From contig JBMNTA010000003.1 in the NCBI GenBank assembly GCA_050945495.1, positions 8,761 through 72,760 of the forward strand: a DNA stretch of 64,000 bases. The letters run 5' to 3'. Of this stretch, positions 47,562 through 57,331 are shown piece after piece. The notes beneath the pieces are model-generated. The model worked only from the letters and a program-made list of their open reading frames with translations. It was not told the origin of the DNA and searched no databases. Source of the DNA: Saccharofermentanales bacterium. GTDB taxonomy: Bacteria > Bacillota > Clostridia > Saccharofermentanales > DTU023. Numbering within the stretch: the first letter of the stretch is position 1; each line of letters opens with the position of its first letter. Made by a program: the position numbers and the translations under genes.

Positions 47562-47728
47562 CGACATTGTTTCACTCAGGTGGTCCCAAAGGTGACAATC
47601 TATACTTGGAGTTATTCTACACCAGACGCGCAGACGACGCAACCGGTCGTTGCGTCGTCGCGTGCATGGTTTTTGATATTAAAAAATGATTGGTAATGAC
47701 GTCCGAACAAATAAGCGGACACCGTGTG

Positions 47729-48133
47729 TCAACGACGCCACGGCAGGCGTTTTTCGGCCGTGGGTTCCGTCGGTTGCTCCTCGGCTCGCCGATGCCGACG
47801 GGCCTGCCAAGACGCGTAAAAACGGCGCGAAAGAATGGTCACGTCGCGGAAGACGCGGTACGCGAACACAAAGGCGACCACGAGGGCCAGATCGAACTTC
47901 ATTTGATTGCCCAAGGCGATCAGAAGCATTGATATGACGGTATTTACGACGAATTCAAACAAAAAACGCCCGGTCGAAAATCCGTCGGCGGTCATCTGCC
48001 GATACGCGGACGTGAGCGAGGCCAATCCCACCATCGTGAACACGGCCAGATACGGCACGGTGCCGGCCGGCAACGGCACGCTGACGAATAAACCGATCAA
48101 CAATCCGATGAGCAATCCGATGATGATGAGCAT
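47729..48133 (-). CDS. sbp: Small basic membrane protein (Sbp, DUF1290 family)
   Basis: MLIIIGLLIGLLIGLFVSVPLP..YLAVFTMVGLASL is typical of DUF1290. Sits between ftsQ and ftsZ, as in Bacillus. AAAGGAGAA SD before the ATG at 48133. Confidence 0.75.
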   Translation of the reverse strand: MLIIIGLLIGLLIGLFVSVPLPAGTVPYLAVFTMVGLASLTSAYRQMTADGFSTGRFLFEFVVNTVISMLLIALGNQMKFDLALVVAFVFAYRVFRDVTILSRRFYASWQARRHRRAEEQPTEPTAEKRLPWRR

Positions 48134-48195
48134 GCGCCCGTTCTCCTTTCGCAAGGTGTGCTTTTTGAGATGTCGTTACATCTATGAAGCGAACG

Positions 48196-49158
48196 CTACG
48201 GTGTGTCGGGACGGAAAAAGACGGTCTGTCCGCTCATGTCCAATTCGCCGGGGCCGCGCTCCATCAACGCTTCGCGATCGAGCAGGTAGGCCAGCGTCCG
48301 CAAACGCTCCTGTAATAACCTGTTGTCTTCCAGTCTAACACGAATGTGACCGCCTTGCGGCAACGGAATAAACAAATACATGAGCCGATGGGTGATCGGA
48401 CGGATTTGACGGACGACGTCCATCAGCTTGACATCGCCCGTCCCCGCCGCGTCTTCGTCAATCATCGCCGCCATCACGCGCACCGCCGTGTCGATCACGT
48501 CGTCATCCTCCACGGGCAACGGTTGATGCGGCACCGCGTCGTCGGTCAGGCGGACGCCCTCCAGAACCGGGAGCTCCGATTGATCGGGTTCAATGATGCG
48601 CAACACGTCCAGATCGCGATCAACGAGCGCCAAGCCGCTCGGCACCCGAATGGCGAGAATTTCGATTTTTTCATCGATCGTCACGTGGATCTCCGACGGG
48701 AATCGGTATTGGACGCGCACATCGCGCACCAAGGGATGGCGTTCGGCAATCTCCGCTTCCAACGCGCCGTAGCGAAAGGTGATCCATTGTTTGAATGAAC
48801 CGCCGACGCCTTCGAGGAAATGCGTCTCCGCGTGGGTATCGTAAATCGCCTCGGCAATGGGACGATCGTCGATCCGACGCGTCCCCTCCACCGTGACGGA
48901 GGCGATCCGAAACGGCGGCAACAAAATGAAGAGCGTGACGAGCACCACGATCACGGTGAGCGTGATCAAGCCTTTGGAAAACGCGCGCATCTTTTGGCGA
49001 CGGCGCTGGCGTTTGCGTTTTCGCCGACTTTCGGGTGAAAACGGCGACGGCTGAAACATCTCCGGATAGGGATCGGATCGACCGGATCGGTGTCGTTTTT
49101 TGGGGCGCGGACGTTCGGCGGGCGGACGCTTTTTGGATGCGGGGGGATGCTTAGCCAT
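48196..49158 (-). CDS. ftsQ: Cell division protein FtsQ/DivIB (basic N-terminus, TM, POTRA)
   Basis: Basic cytoplasmic tail, TM segment LITLTVIVVLVTLFILL, and a POTRA-like region FRIASVTVEGTRRI. Start ATG at 49158, immediately after the murG stop. The longer ORF to 49500 overlaps murG. Confidence 0.8.
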   Translation of the reverse strand: MAKHPPASKKRPPAERPRPKKRHRSGRSDPYPEMFQPSPFSPESRRKRKRQRRRQKMRAFSKGLITLTVIVVLVTLFILLPPFRIASVTVEGTRRIDDRPIAEAIYDTHAETHFLEGVGGSFKQWITFRYGALEAEIAERHPLVRDVRVQYRFPSEIHVTIDEKIEILAIRVPSGLALVDRDLDVLRIIEPDQSELPVLEGVRLTDDAVPHQPLPVEDDDVIDTAVRVMAAMIDEDAAGTGDVKLMDVVRQIRPITHRLMYLFIPLPQGGHIRVRLEDNRLLQERLRTLAYLLDREALMERGPGELDMSGQTVFFRPDTP

Positions 49159-49160
49159 GG

Positions 49161-50309
49161 TTACCGAGGAGCGCCATCGATCATGGCAAGCACATGCTCG
49201 GCGATCATGGGCGCGGCGTTCGGGGTCGATTGCGCACGGGCGCGCTCGCCCATCGCATGGCGCAAGGGGGCGTCCTCGATCATGCGCTCGACGGTCTCGA
49301 CCAACGTCGCCGACGTAAAGGCATCGTCGAGGACGACGAAAGCGGCTCCGGCCTCCTCGAGCGCCCGCGCGTTCGACGTCTGGTGATCGTCGGCCGCGTA
49401 AGGGTACGGAATCAGCATGGACGGCTTGCCGGATGCCGCGACTTCGGCACACGTCATGGCGCCGGCGCGGCCCATGAAAAAGTCGCACGCGGCACACCAA
49501 TACGCCGTGTTATTGATGTACGATTTGGCGGACACGTTCGGAATGGTCGACAACGCCTCCGCCAGACATTCATCTTGATTGATCCCGACGCTGTGCACGA
49601 GCAAGAGGTTCGGATGGCGTTCGATCAGGCGGTGCCAGGCATCGAGATCGCGCAATCCGGCGACGGCGCGATTCAGCGTACGCGCCCCTTGGCTGCCGCC
49701 CGTCATGAGCACGAGGAACGTCGTGTCGGGCACGCCGAGCGCCGCCCGCGCTTCTCGGCGATCGAGCGTGAAGAAGACGGGGCGCACGGGATTGCCGCTC
49801 AAGACCAAATTGTCTTTGTCGGAAAAATGACGCCGACTCACGTCGTAACTGATGAAGACGGTGTCGGCCTCTTTCGCAAACATCAGGTTCGCGCGTCCGG
49901 GAATCGAATTTTGTTCATGCAAAATGTACGGCACGCGCTTTTGTCGTGCGACCCACATCAACGGCGCCGAGACGTAGCCCCCGGTCCCGATGACCAGCTT
50001 CGGTTGTTCCTTTTTGAGAATGCGGCGGCTCTGCAGGATGCCGCGGACGTTGTTGACAAACCAACTGAAGTAACGCGGGTCGTTTTTGGACGGCATGTTC
50101 TGTGCCAACAGCGGTGAAAACGGAAAATCATGCGTCGCGGCGATGCCCTCTTCTTGGCCCCCGCGCATGCCGCAAAACACAATGCGGAGCTCCGGGCGCC
50201 TCGATCTGAGCGCCTCGGCGATGGCAAGCGCGGGATAGATATGGCCGCTCGTTCCGCCGGTGGCAATCAAAATCGACGCCGCATGGTTCGTTGTGTTGTT
50301 TGGCGACAC
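49161..50309 (-). CDS. murG: UDP-N-acetylglucosamine--N-acetylmuramyl-(pentapeptide) pyrophosphoryl-undecaprenol N-acetylglucosamine transferase
   Basis: ILIATGGTSGHIYPALAIAEAL N-terminus, GGSQGA, and the C-terminal RAGAMTCAEV..PYPYAADDHQ motif. Confidence 0.95.
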   Translation of the reverse strand: MSPNNTTNHAASILIATGGTSGHIYPALAIAEALRSRRPELRIVFCGMRGGQEEGIAATHDFPFSPLLAQNMPSKNDPRYFSWFVNNVRGILQSRRILKKEQPKLVIGTGGYVSAPLMWVARQKRVPYILHEQNSIPGRANLMFAKEADTVFISYDVSRRHFSDKDNLVLSGNPVRPVFFTLDRREARAALGVPDTTFLVLMTGGSQGARTLNRAVAGLRDLDAWHRLIERHPNLLLVHSVGINQDECLAEALSTIPNVSAKSYINNTAYWCAACDFFMGRAGAMTCAEVAASGKPSMLIPYPYAADDHQTSNARALEEAGAAFVVLDDAFTSATLVETVERMIEDAPLRHAMGERARAQSTPNAAPMIAEHVLAMIDGAPR

Positions 50310-50335
50310 CGCCCGACCTCCGTTCTCCCCGGTCT

Positions 50336-51802
50336 CTACATCGATGAGGACATTCGTCTATAGTCTATCGCAACGCGTTCTTCCCGCTCAAGCAAAACGG
50401 GGGGTGGCACGGCGTTCCGCCGTCCGTCCCGCCCATCCAACACGCGCGACAATTCGCGATCGCGCACCGTCGCCGATTTGGATACGCAAAGCACCATCCC
50501 GCACGCAAGGGCAAAGAAGAAGTTGGAGGTGCCGCCGTAGCTCAAAAACGGCAACGAAATGCCGGTGGCCGGAATCAGGCTCGTGGCCACCGCCATGTTC
50601 AAAAAGGCTTGGATGGTGATCAAGAGCGTATACCCCGCCGCAACCAACATCGCCATGTGCGTCGCGGCGCGACGCGCAATGTTCAGTCCGGCGAGCAAAA
50701 AGACCAGGTAGAGGAGGATGACGGCCATGACACCGACAAATCCCAACTCCTCTCCGATGACCGGCAAAATGAAGTCGTTGTGCGCTTCCGACAGCCAGTT
50801 CAATTTTTGCACGCCGCGACCGATGCCCTTCCCCGTCCAGCCGCCCGAGCCGAGGGCGATCTCGGCCTGCTCGATCTGCATGCGGTCGTCTTCGCTGACC
50901 GCATCGCGATCTTGGTGCGTGCCGACGCGTCGATACGCATGCGCGAATCGCTGTTCGACAAATTCGACCGCCGAGTTGCCCGTCGCTTTTTGGTAGCCCC
51001 AACCCGCAACGGCGCCCAACACGATCACGATGAGCAAGATTTCAGCGATGCCCATCATCCATGATTTCCACGGAATGTCGGCGAGGAAAAAGATGCAAAA
51101 ACACACCATGGTCAAGATGATCGCCCCGGACAAATGCGGTTGCAGCGCGACGAGAACGATCCAAACGATCATCAGGCACGCGGGCAGCGTGACATCCAAC
51201 AGGGCGCGACGCCACAGCGGTTTTTTCTGCGGGTTGCGGCGTCGAATCATGCGCCGACGCGACAGGTAGGCCGCGAGCACGAAGACGGCGCCCACTTTGG
51301 CCAATTCGGAGGGTTGAAAGGTGGTAAATCCAAGATCGATCCAGCGCCGCGCGCCGTTGATGACCCGACCGAACATGGCACAGTAAACCAGCCCGATCGT
51401 GACGACGAAGTACACCGTGATGCTGTAGATGCGACGCGAGAATACCCGGAACTTAAAGAGCCCCGCCACCATGAGCCCCAAGAAGACGCCCAAAAGCGTG
51501 AAGAACGCCTGCTTCCTCGCCAGCGCCGACGCATCGGCGGCGAGGATCTCCCCGACGGGCGAGTTCGGATCGAGCAGCCCCGCTTCGCGCAGCTGCGCAC
51601 GCATCGCCGAACTCGATTGCACGAAACTGATGCCGTAGCTTGCGCTGAACATCATGAGCAAGCCGAAGGCGACGATCGCCAACCAGATAAACAAATACGG
51701 CAACGACATCCGTCCGTGCGTCGACAGACGATGGTAATCGAGCACGTTGCGATCGTTCGCGAGCGGCAAGGCGTTCGTTCCATGTTCGTCCATGGCACTC
51801 AC
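50336..51802 (-). CDS. ftsW: SEDS-family peptidoglycan glycosyltransferase FtsW/SpoVE
   Basis: 10-TM SEDS protein with FQPSELAKV, SEAHNDFI and GISLPFLSYGGTS motifs. Position mraY-ftsW-murG. Confidence 0.9.
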   Translation of the reverse strand: MSAMDEHGTNALPLANDRNVLDYHRLSTHGRMSLPYLFIWLAIVAFGLLMMFSASYGISFVQSSSAMRAQLREAGLLDPNSPVGEILAADASALARKQAFFTLLGVFLGLMVAGLFKFRVFSRRIYSITVYFVVTIGLVYCAMFGRVINGARRWIDLGFTTFQPSELAKVGAVFVLAAYLSRRRMIRRRNPQKKPLWRRALLDVTLPACLMIVWIVLVALQPHLSGAIILTMVCFCIFFLADIPWKSWMMGIAEILLIVIVLGAVAGWGYQKATGNSAVEFVEQRFAHAYRRVGTHQDRDAVSEDDRMQIEQAEIALGSGGWTGKGIGRGVQKLNWLSEAHNDFILPVIGEELGFVGVMAVILLYLVFLLAGLNIARRAATHMAMLVAAGYTLLITIQAFLNMAVATSLIPATGISLPFLSYGGTSNFFFALACGMVLCVSKSATVRDRELSRVLDGRDGRRNAVPPPVLLEREERVAIDYRRMSSSM

Positions 51803-52821
51803 CCCCCGAGCGGACGCGCCACGATGGCGAATCCGATCGCCGCGGCCACGAGGCCGACGACCGAGAAGACGCGGACAATTTTACGTTCGGACCATCCGCC
51901 CAATTCAAAGTGATGGTGGATCGGCGACATGCGGAAAATCCGTTTCCCGCCGGTGGCACGAAAATACAACACTTGCATCACGACGGACAATCCCTCGAAA
52001 AAGAACACAAACCCCGTGATAATCGCGAGGTAGGGCATCCCCGACAAGACGGTCGCCACGGCAAAACCGATGCCGAGCGCCTGCGAACCGGTATCGCCCA
52101 TGAAGATTTTCGCGGGATAATGATTAAAACAAAGAAAGCCGAGGCATCCGCCGGCGATCGCCAAGAGCAACATCATGATCGAGGCCGCGTCGGGAATGAA
52201 CGGCGCGAGCATCGCCACCGTCACGAACAATCCGAGGGTGGCGACGGTCATCACGCTTGAGAGCAAGCCGTCGATGCCGTCCGTCAAGTTGACGGCGTTG
52301 CCCATGTAAAACAAAAACGGCACGAGGATGATCGCGTAGACGATTTTCCAAGGGCCGACGATGAGCACCCGGCGGGCGGTAAACGGCACGATGATGAAGG
52401 GATCGACGGGGGCAAGCCACACCGCATAGACGGCGATCAACACGGAGATCAACCCCAAAAAGACGGTCTTTTGGCGGACGCTGAGTCCTTTTTTGGAGAC
52501 GCGGACTTTGATGAAATCATCGAAAAAGCCGACCACGCCGTACAACAGCATGCAGACAACCATGATCAAAAACGTCCGATAACGCACATTGATCGCGATC
52601 GCGACGATGGCCGAGAGCACGATGGGAATCAAAAAGAAACTGCCCCCGAACGTCGGTGTGCCGGCCTTTTTGAAATGCGATTTGGGGCCGTTGTGACGAA
52701 TCGGTTGACTCGCCGCGGCGCGCCGAATGCGCGGCAACAAGAGCGTGCCCGTCAGGACGGTCAACACGAAGACCGACCCCATGGCGACGGCGGCCCAACG
52801 CATGTCCGTTAACGGGAACAA
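51799..52821 (-). CDS. mraY: Phospho-N-acetylmuramoyl-pentapeptide-transferase
   Basis: GTPTFGG, NAVNLTDGIDGL, MGDTGSQALG and SPIHHHFE motifs. Confidence 0.96.
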   Translation of the reverse strand: MFPLTDMRWAAVAMGSVFVLTVLTGTLLLPRIRRAAASQPIRHNGPKSHFKKAGTPTFGGSFFLIPIVLSAIVAIAINVRYRTFLIMVVCMLLYGVVGFFDDFIKVRVSKKGLSVRQKTVFLGLISVLIAVYAVWLAPVDPFIIVPFTARRVLIVGPWKIVYAIILVPFLFYMGNAVNLTDGIDGLLSSVMTVATLGLFVTVAMLAPFIPDAASIMMLLLAIAGGCLGFLCFNHYPAKIFMGDTGSQALGIGFAVATVLSGMPYLAIITGFVFFFEGLSVVMQVLYFRATGGKRIFRMSPIHHHFELGGWSERKIVRVFSVVGLVAAAIGFAIVARPLGG

Positions 52822-54308
52822 CGCGAGCCCTCCCGTTCACGTTGTCGCATGGCGTCGAGCACGCGCTCGAGTGCATAGAAACGCGAGCCTTTCAACAACA
52901 AAAAGTCGCCGTCGGCGAGGTCGCGCAGCACCGCGTCGATGACGTCGTCGGTCGTCGGGTACCATCCCGCCAAACGATCGGCGCCGTTCGGGTGGCTGAG
53001 CAGCGCATCGCGCGTGGTCTCGGTCTCCTCCCCCACAAGATAGATGCGGTCGACCCCGGCGTCGAGCAGTGCCTCGGCCGCCTCCTTGTGCGCCGTCTTC
53101 GAATAACGTCCCAATTCGCGCATGCCGCCGAACACGGTCAGCCAGCGTCGATGATCGACGGCCATCCGTTGCGCCGTCACAAGCGCCGCATGGAGCGATT
53201 GCGGCGACGCGTTGTAAGCGTCGTCCATCACATCGACGGCGCCGACGCGATGCATCGATTGGCGACCTTCGCCGGGCGTGTAATGCGTCGCCGAGGCGGC
53301 CGCTTCGTCCATATCGAGTCCCATGACGTACGCCACGGCCAGGCCGAACAAGGCGGCCGGCACAAGATGATGACCGGGATGGCAGAGGGCGATCGGCCAA
53401 CGCTCGTCGGGCGTCAAATTGGTGCGACCGACGAAGGCGATGCCTTCCGGCGTCTCGCGGATGTCCTCGGCCCAAAACACGGGGATGCCGTCGCGCTCCA
53501 GGTGGCCGACGTTTTGTTTGCTGGCGATGTACCAGATCGGCACCGTCGTCGGATCTTGCGACACCCAGCCTTCCAGCATGGGGTCGTCGCCGTTGACGAC
53601 GATCAATCCGTTGTCTTTCATGCCTTCGAGGATCGATGTTTTCTCACGCAACACTTCGCGCATGCCTCCGAGATGCTCGGCGTGCGAGATGCCGATGGTG
53701 GTGATGATCGCGATGTCGGGACGCGCGATGTGCGTCAATTTTCGAATCTCACCCGGGGCATCCATGCCGAGCTCGGCCACGAGCGCTTGCGTGCTGTCAT
53801 CGGTCGCGAGGATGGTTCGGGGAAGCCCCACTTGATTGTTGTAGTTGCGTTCCGATTGTTCCGCCTTCACCTGAGACGCGATCATCGCATGGATCATGCG
53901 ACGCGTGGTCGTCTTGCCGACACTCCCCGTCACGCCGATGACGTTGGCCGTCAACGTCGAGCGGAAACCGGCGGCGATGGCCTGATAGGCATTCCACGTA
54001 TCGTCGACGATCAAAATGTCGGGCGCGTTCGGGTCGTCTTCCACGAGCGCGCGACAACGCGCGACGTCGTCTTCGGCATCGCGGGCGATGACCGCCATCG
54101 CCGCACCGCGGTCGATCGCATCGAACAAAAACCGATGGCCGTCGAACCGATCGCCCCGCAGCGGGACAAATACCTCGCCGGGTTGAATCGTGCGTGAATC
54201 GGTCGAAATCGACGGATAAAAGCGCTCCGGATCGGACGCGTGCGGCGTCGTCTGCAAGAGCTCTCCTGCGGTCCATTGCTTCAGCTGTGCGGGCAAAAAT
54301 CTTATCAT
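52809..54308 (-). CDS. murF: UDP-N-acetylmuramoyl-tripeptide--D-alanyl-D-alanine ligase
   Basis: Mur ligase P-loop GVTGSVGKTTT, central and C-terminal Mur ligase domains, and position directly upstream of mraY. Confidence 0.92.
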   Translation of the reverse strand: MIRFLPAQLKQWTAGELLQTTPHASDPERFYPSISTDSRTIQPGEVFVPLRGDRFDGHRFLFDAIDRGAAMAVIARDAEDDVARCRALVEDDPNAPDILIVDDTWNAYQAIAAGFRSTLTANVIGVTGSVGKTTTRRMIHAMIASQVKAEQSERNYNNQVGLPRTILATDDSTQALVAELGMDAPGEIRKLTHIARPDIAIITTIGISHAEHLGGMREVLREKTSILEGMKDNGLIVVNGDDPMLEGWVSQDPTTVPIWYIASKQNVGHLERDGIPVFWAEDIRETPEGIAFVGRTNLTPDERWPIALCHPGHHLVPAALFGLAVAYVMGLDMDEAAASATHYTPGEGRQSMHRVGAVDVMDDAYNASPQSLHAALVTAQRMAVDHRRWLTVFGGMRELGRYSKTAHKEAAEALLDAGVDRIYLVGEETETTRDALLSHPNGADRLAGWYPTTDDVIDAVLRDLADGDFLLLKGSRFYALERVLDAMRQREREGSRCSR

Positions 54309-54334
54309 CGAATTGATTCTCTCATCTTATGTAG

Positions 54335-56755
54335 TTATGGGGTCGGCTCACCGGAGCCGTCACGTTCGGTGGGTTCAAGGGCCGTCCGATCGCCAAAGGA
54401 GACGCGCACGACGTGTCCGCGCGGCACCATGCCCGCGGGCGGTTCTTCGTTACCGGCGCTCGCGGCCGGCGATCCCGTGACATCGCCCGAAGGGGCGTTG
54501 GCCGCTTGGGCGGTGGCGGGCGTATCCTGTCCCGTCGCCGTTCCGCCGGGCGTTCCGACGGGGAGCACGGTCACGCCGTACTCCGCGGCCAACCATATGC
54601 ATTGATGGTAATGGTGGCCCGTGAAATCCGGCACAGCTACCCATTCTACGTCATCTTCCCGCTCGGGGCAAAGCCAAATCGTGGACCCGACGCCGACGGC
54701 GGTGTTGGCGGACGGCGTCATGGCGGCGAGCGGACGATCGAGATAGAAGCGATCGGTCGGCACGCTCGGCGCCAAATTCAACTTGACGAGTTCCATCGCC
54801 GCTTCGCTCACCGTCAGGTCGGACAGATCGGGCAACACGACGGGACGTCCGAGGTACGCGAGTTCACGGTCGGTGTAGCGCGGTTGACGCCCTTTGCCGT
54901 CTTCGATGCGTGCGGCGATCCGCGAGGCGGCGCGCACGGCGCTTCGACTGCTGATCATGCCGGTCTCGGGTTTGCGAATCGTCACGAGAACGACGTATTC
55001 CGGCGCATCGTTCGGGACCATCCCGATGAACGACAGCGTCCGTCGATTGTTGTCGTTTTCGTCGCGTGCCGTCCCCGTCTTGCCGCCGATGTTCAAGCCG
55101 ATGGCACCGAACGTATCGGTGGCGGTACCGTATTCAACCACATCGCGCAGCATGCTTCGCACGCGACGGCACGTATTTTCGGAAAAAATTTGCGGATGCG
55201 CTTCGACGTCAAAGGGCTCCATGACATCGATGCCGTCCAACGTGGAACCACAGGCCAGGCGCGGCGTCACGGCGTAGCCGCCGTTGCCGATCATGGCATA
55301 AAATTGCGCCAATTGAATCGCCGTCACAGAGGACGATTCGCCGAACGTCAGGTTGGCGAAGTCCAAGGGCATCGGGTTTTGGTGCAAAAGTCCGCGCGTT
55401 TCGGCCGGCAAATCGATGCCCGTCCGGCCGTAAAAGCCCAGTTTGTGAATCCAGTCGTAATAGCGATCCTTGCCGACGCGCGCGCCGACGTCCACGAAAA
55501 TCGGGTTGCACGAATTGTAGAACGCTTCACGCAGCGTTTCCCGGCCGTGTCCGCCCGCAAAATAACAGTGGATCGTCTCGCCTTGAATCGTCACGGGGTT
55601 GTCTTCGAAGCCCGTGCCTTCCCAGACGACGTTTTCTTCCAAACCGATCGCAAGCGTCACCGTTTTGAACGTGGAGCCCGGCTCGTACACGTCGGTAATG
55701 TTGATGTTGTTCCAGGCATTCGTCGAAAGGTACGCATGCCGCGCTTCCTCCGACATCGCCTCCCACGCGTCCTCCGCGATCCCGATGGGACGTGCCGTCG
55801 GGTCGTCGGCCGCGTAGGTGGCCACTTGTCCCATGGCCAAAATATCGCCCGTATGCACATCCATCACGATGCCGTGCACGTCGCGGGCCAAGCCGGCCGC
55901 CGAGGCGATCGACAACAATTCTTCTTGTAAAATCGTTTGAATTTCAAAGTCAATCGTGGACACCAGGTGCGTGCTCTGTTTGGCGGGCAATTCGATGGGA
56001 TGGCCGAACGGAATCATGCCGCGCGTCGCGTAGTTGTTGCTTCGGCCGAACACATAGCCCGGCTGTCCCGCAAGCAACTTATCGTACGTCGCCTCGAGGC
56101 CCGACACGCCGACGATGACGCCCTCATCCATGCGGGTCATGCCCAACACGGGCGACGCCAATCCCGCGTTGTTGTAAACGCGGCGCTCCTCGGCATCAAA
56201 ACGGACGCCACCGACGCTGTTCGCGTTGAGCCACGCGCGCAAGGCCATCGCGTCGACTTCCGGCACATTGCTTTTCACCGAAATGTACGTCACGGGACGA
56301 TGCCCCGTGAGGGAGCGCTCGACGCCCGACCATCCGGTCAAGCGATCGACGCGAATTTGTTCGAGCAAGATGGCCTTCTCATCGTCGTCAAGCTTCAGAT
56401 AATGTGCCATCTGTTCGACGATGTCGACCTCGGTGACATCTTTTTTTCGCGACGTGACATCGCTCGGCGTGATGCCGACGCGATAGACGTAGGTCGACGC
56501 CACCAAGGGGTAGCCGTTGCGATCCAAAATCATGCCGCGACGCGACTGATCGGTCTGCGTTGTGAACTGCTGCTTGGCGGCCTTTGCCGCGAGCACCTCA
56601 TGTTGCGTGATTTGCAAGCGATAAAATTCGGTCGCGATGATGCCCGCGATGACCAGGAAAGCGGCCACGACCAAGATCAGTTTGACGTTAAAGCACCGCG
56701 ATGATGTCAACACATCAAGACTTTTTGTTGTGTTTTTATCCTGTCGACGTTTCAT
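54335..56755 (-). CDS. Class B penicillin-binding protein (FtsI/SpoVD/PBP2B-type transpeptidase) with C-terminal PASTA-like region
   Basis: N-terminal TM, dimerisation domain, and transpeptidase motifs STFK (GSTFKTV), SCN (YNSCNP) and KTGT (GGKTGTA). Confidence 0.92.
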   Translation of the reverse strand: MKRRQDKNTTKSLDVLTSSRCFNVKLILVVAAFLVIAGIIATEFYRLQITQHEVLAAKAAKQQFTTQTDQSRRGMILDRNGYPLVASTYVYRVGITPSDVTSRKKDVTEVDIVEQMAHYLKLDDDEKAILLEQIRVDRLTGWSGVERSLTGHRPVTYISVKSNVPEVDAMALRAWLNANSVGGVRFDAEERRVYNNAGLASPVLGMTRMDEGVIVGVSGLEATYDKLLAGQPGYVFGRSNNYATRGMIPFGHPIELPAKQSTHLVSTIDFEIQTILQEELLSIASAAGLARDVHGIVMDVHTGDILAMGQVATYAADDPTARPIGIAEDAWEAMSEEARHAYLSTNAWNNINITDVYEPGSTFKTVTLAIGLEENVVWEGTGFEDNPVTIQGETIHCYFAGGHGRETLREAFYNSCNPIFVDVGARVGKDRYYDWIHKLGFYGRTGIDLPAETRGLLHQNPMPLDFANLTFGESSSVTAIQLAQFYAMIGNGGYAVTPRLACGSTLDGIDVMEPFDVEAHPQIFSENTCRRVRSMLRDVVEYGTATDTFGAIGLNIGGKTGTARDENDNNRRTLSFIGMVPNDAPEYVVLVTIRKPETGMISSRSAVRAASRIAARIEDGKGRQPRYTDRELAYLGRPVVLPDLSDLTVSEAAMELVKLNLAPSVPTDRFYLDRPLAAMTPSANTAVGVGSTIWLCPEREDDVEWVAVPDFTGHHYHQCIWLAAEYGVTVLPVGTPGGTATGQDTPATAQAANAPSGDVTGSPAASAGNEEPPAGMVPRGHVVRVSFGDRTALEPTERDGSGEPTP

Positions 56756-56791
56756 GATCGAACCTCTGCATCGGATGCCATGGTGGGGGCC

Positions 56792-57331
56792 TTATCGCCC
56801 GCGCACCCACTGTTCGATCTGTGCGATGCTGTCGTCTTTGGAAAACAGCGGAGACGTCAGGTCCGTCCCGTCGTTGGCCGCCATGGCGGCCGGAACGTAA
56901 ATGATTTGACCGGGCGTCGCCTTCTGCATGCCCAGTTCGCTCGCCGCGCTCTCGCGCACGGCGATCAGCGACGACTGACTGGAAACGCGGTCATGGAGAA
57001 TGCTGTTTTGACGTTCGTATTCGCCGATTTGACGTTTCAACCCGGCGTTGACGAAGCTCATCTCCGTCATTTTGGCGCTGCGCCATACGATCAAGCCCAC
57101 GGCAAACGCCACCGCAAAGACGACGGCGAACAGACGCACGGCCGTTTTCGCGCGCGCTTTGCCGGCCAGCTTATATTCCTCGCGGATGACCGCGTCACGT
57201 TGCAACCGGCGGCGCATCTCCGCTTTTTCGCGGGCAATTTCATCGGGATGCGGCGCGACCTCGATGTCCGGCATCGGGTACGGAGTGACATCCATCTGTC
57301 GTGCCAAATTTCCGTCCACGCGGCGGCTCAT
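56792..57331 (-). CDS. ftsL: FtsL-like cell division protein
   Basis: Single TM (LFAVVFAVAFAVGLIVW) followed by a short coiled coil. Conserved position between rsmH and the PBP gene. ATGA overlap with the rsmH stop. Confidence 0.7.
   Translation of the reverse strand: MSRRVDGNLARQMDVTPYPMPDIEVAPHPDEIAREKAEMRRRLQRDAVIREEYKLAGKARAKTAVRLFAVVFAVAFAVGLIVWRSAKMTEMSFVNAGLKRQIGEYERQNSILHDRVSSQSSLIAVRESAASELGMQKATPGQIIYVPAAMAANDGTDLTSPLFSKDDSIAQIEQWVRGR

Noticed and set aside
49159-49500. N-terminal extensions of tracked ORFs that overlap the upstream gene: FtsQ to 49500, MATE to 33089, RsmH to 58467, UDG to 22459, RsmD to 39191, RecG to 41322.
   Set aside because: The extensions are Arg/Cys/Pro-rich, overlap well-supported upstream coding sequence, and most of the internal starts have good Shine-Dalgarno sequences at the expected gene junctions (the MATE and RsmH starts rest on overlap avoidance and N-terminal similarity only).
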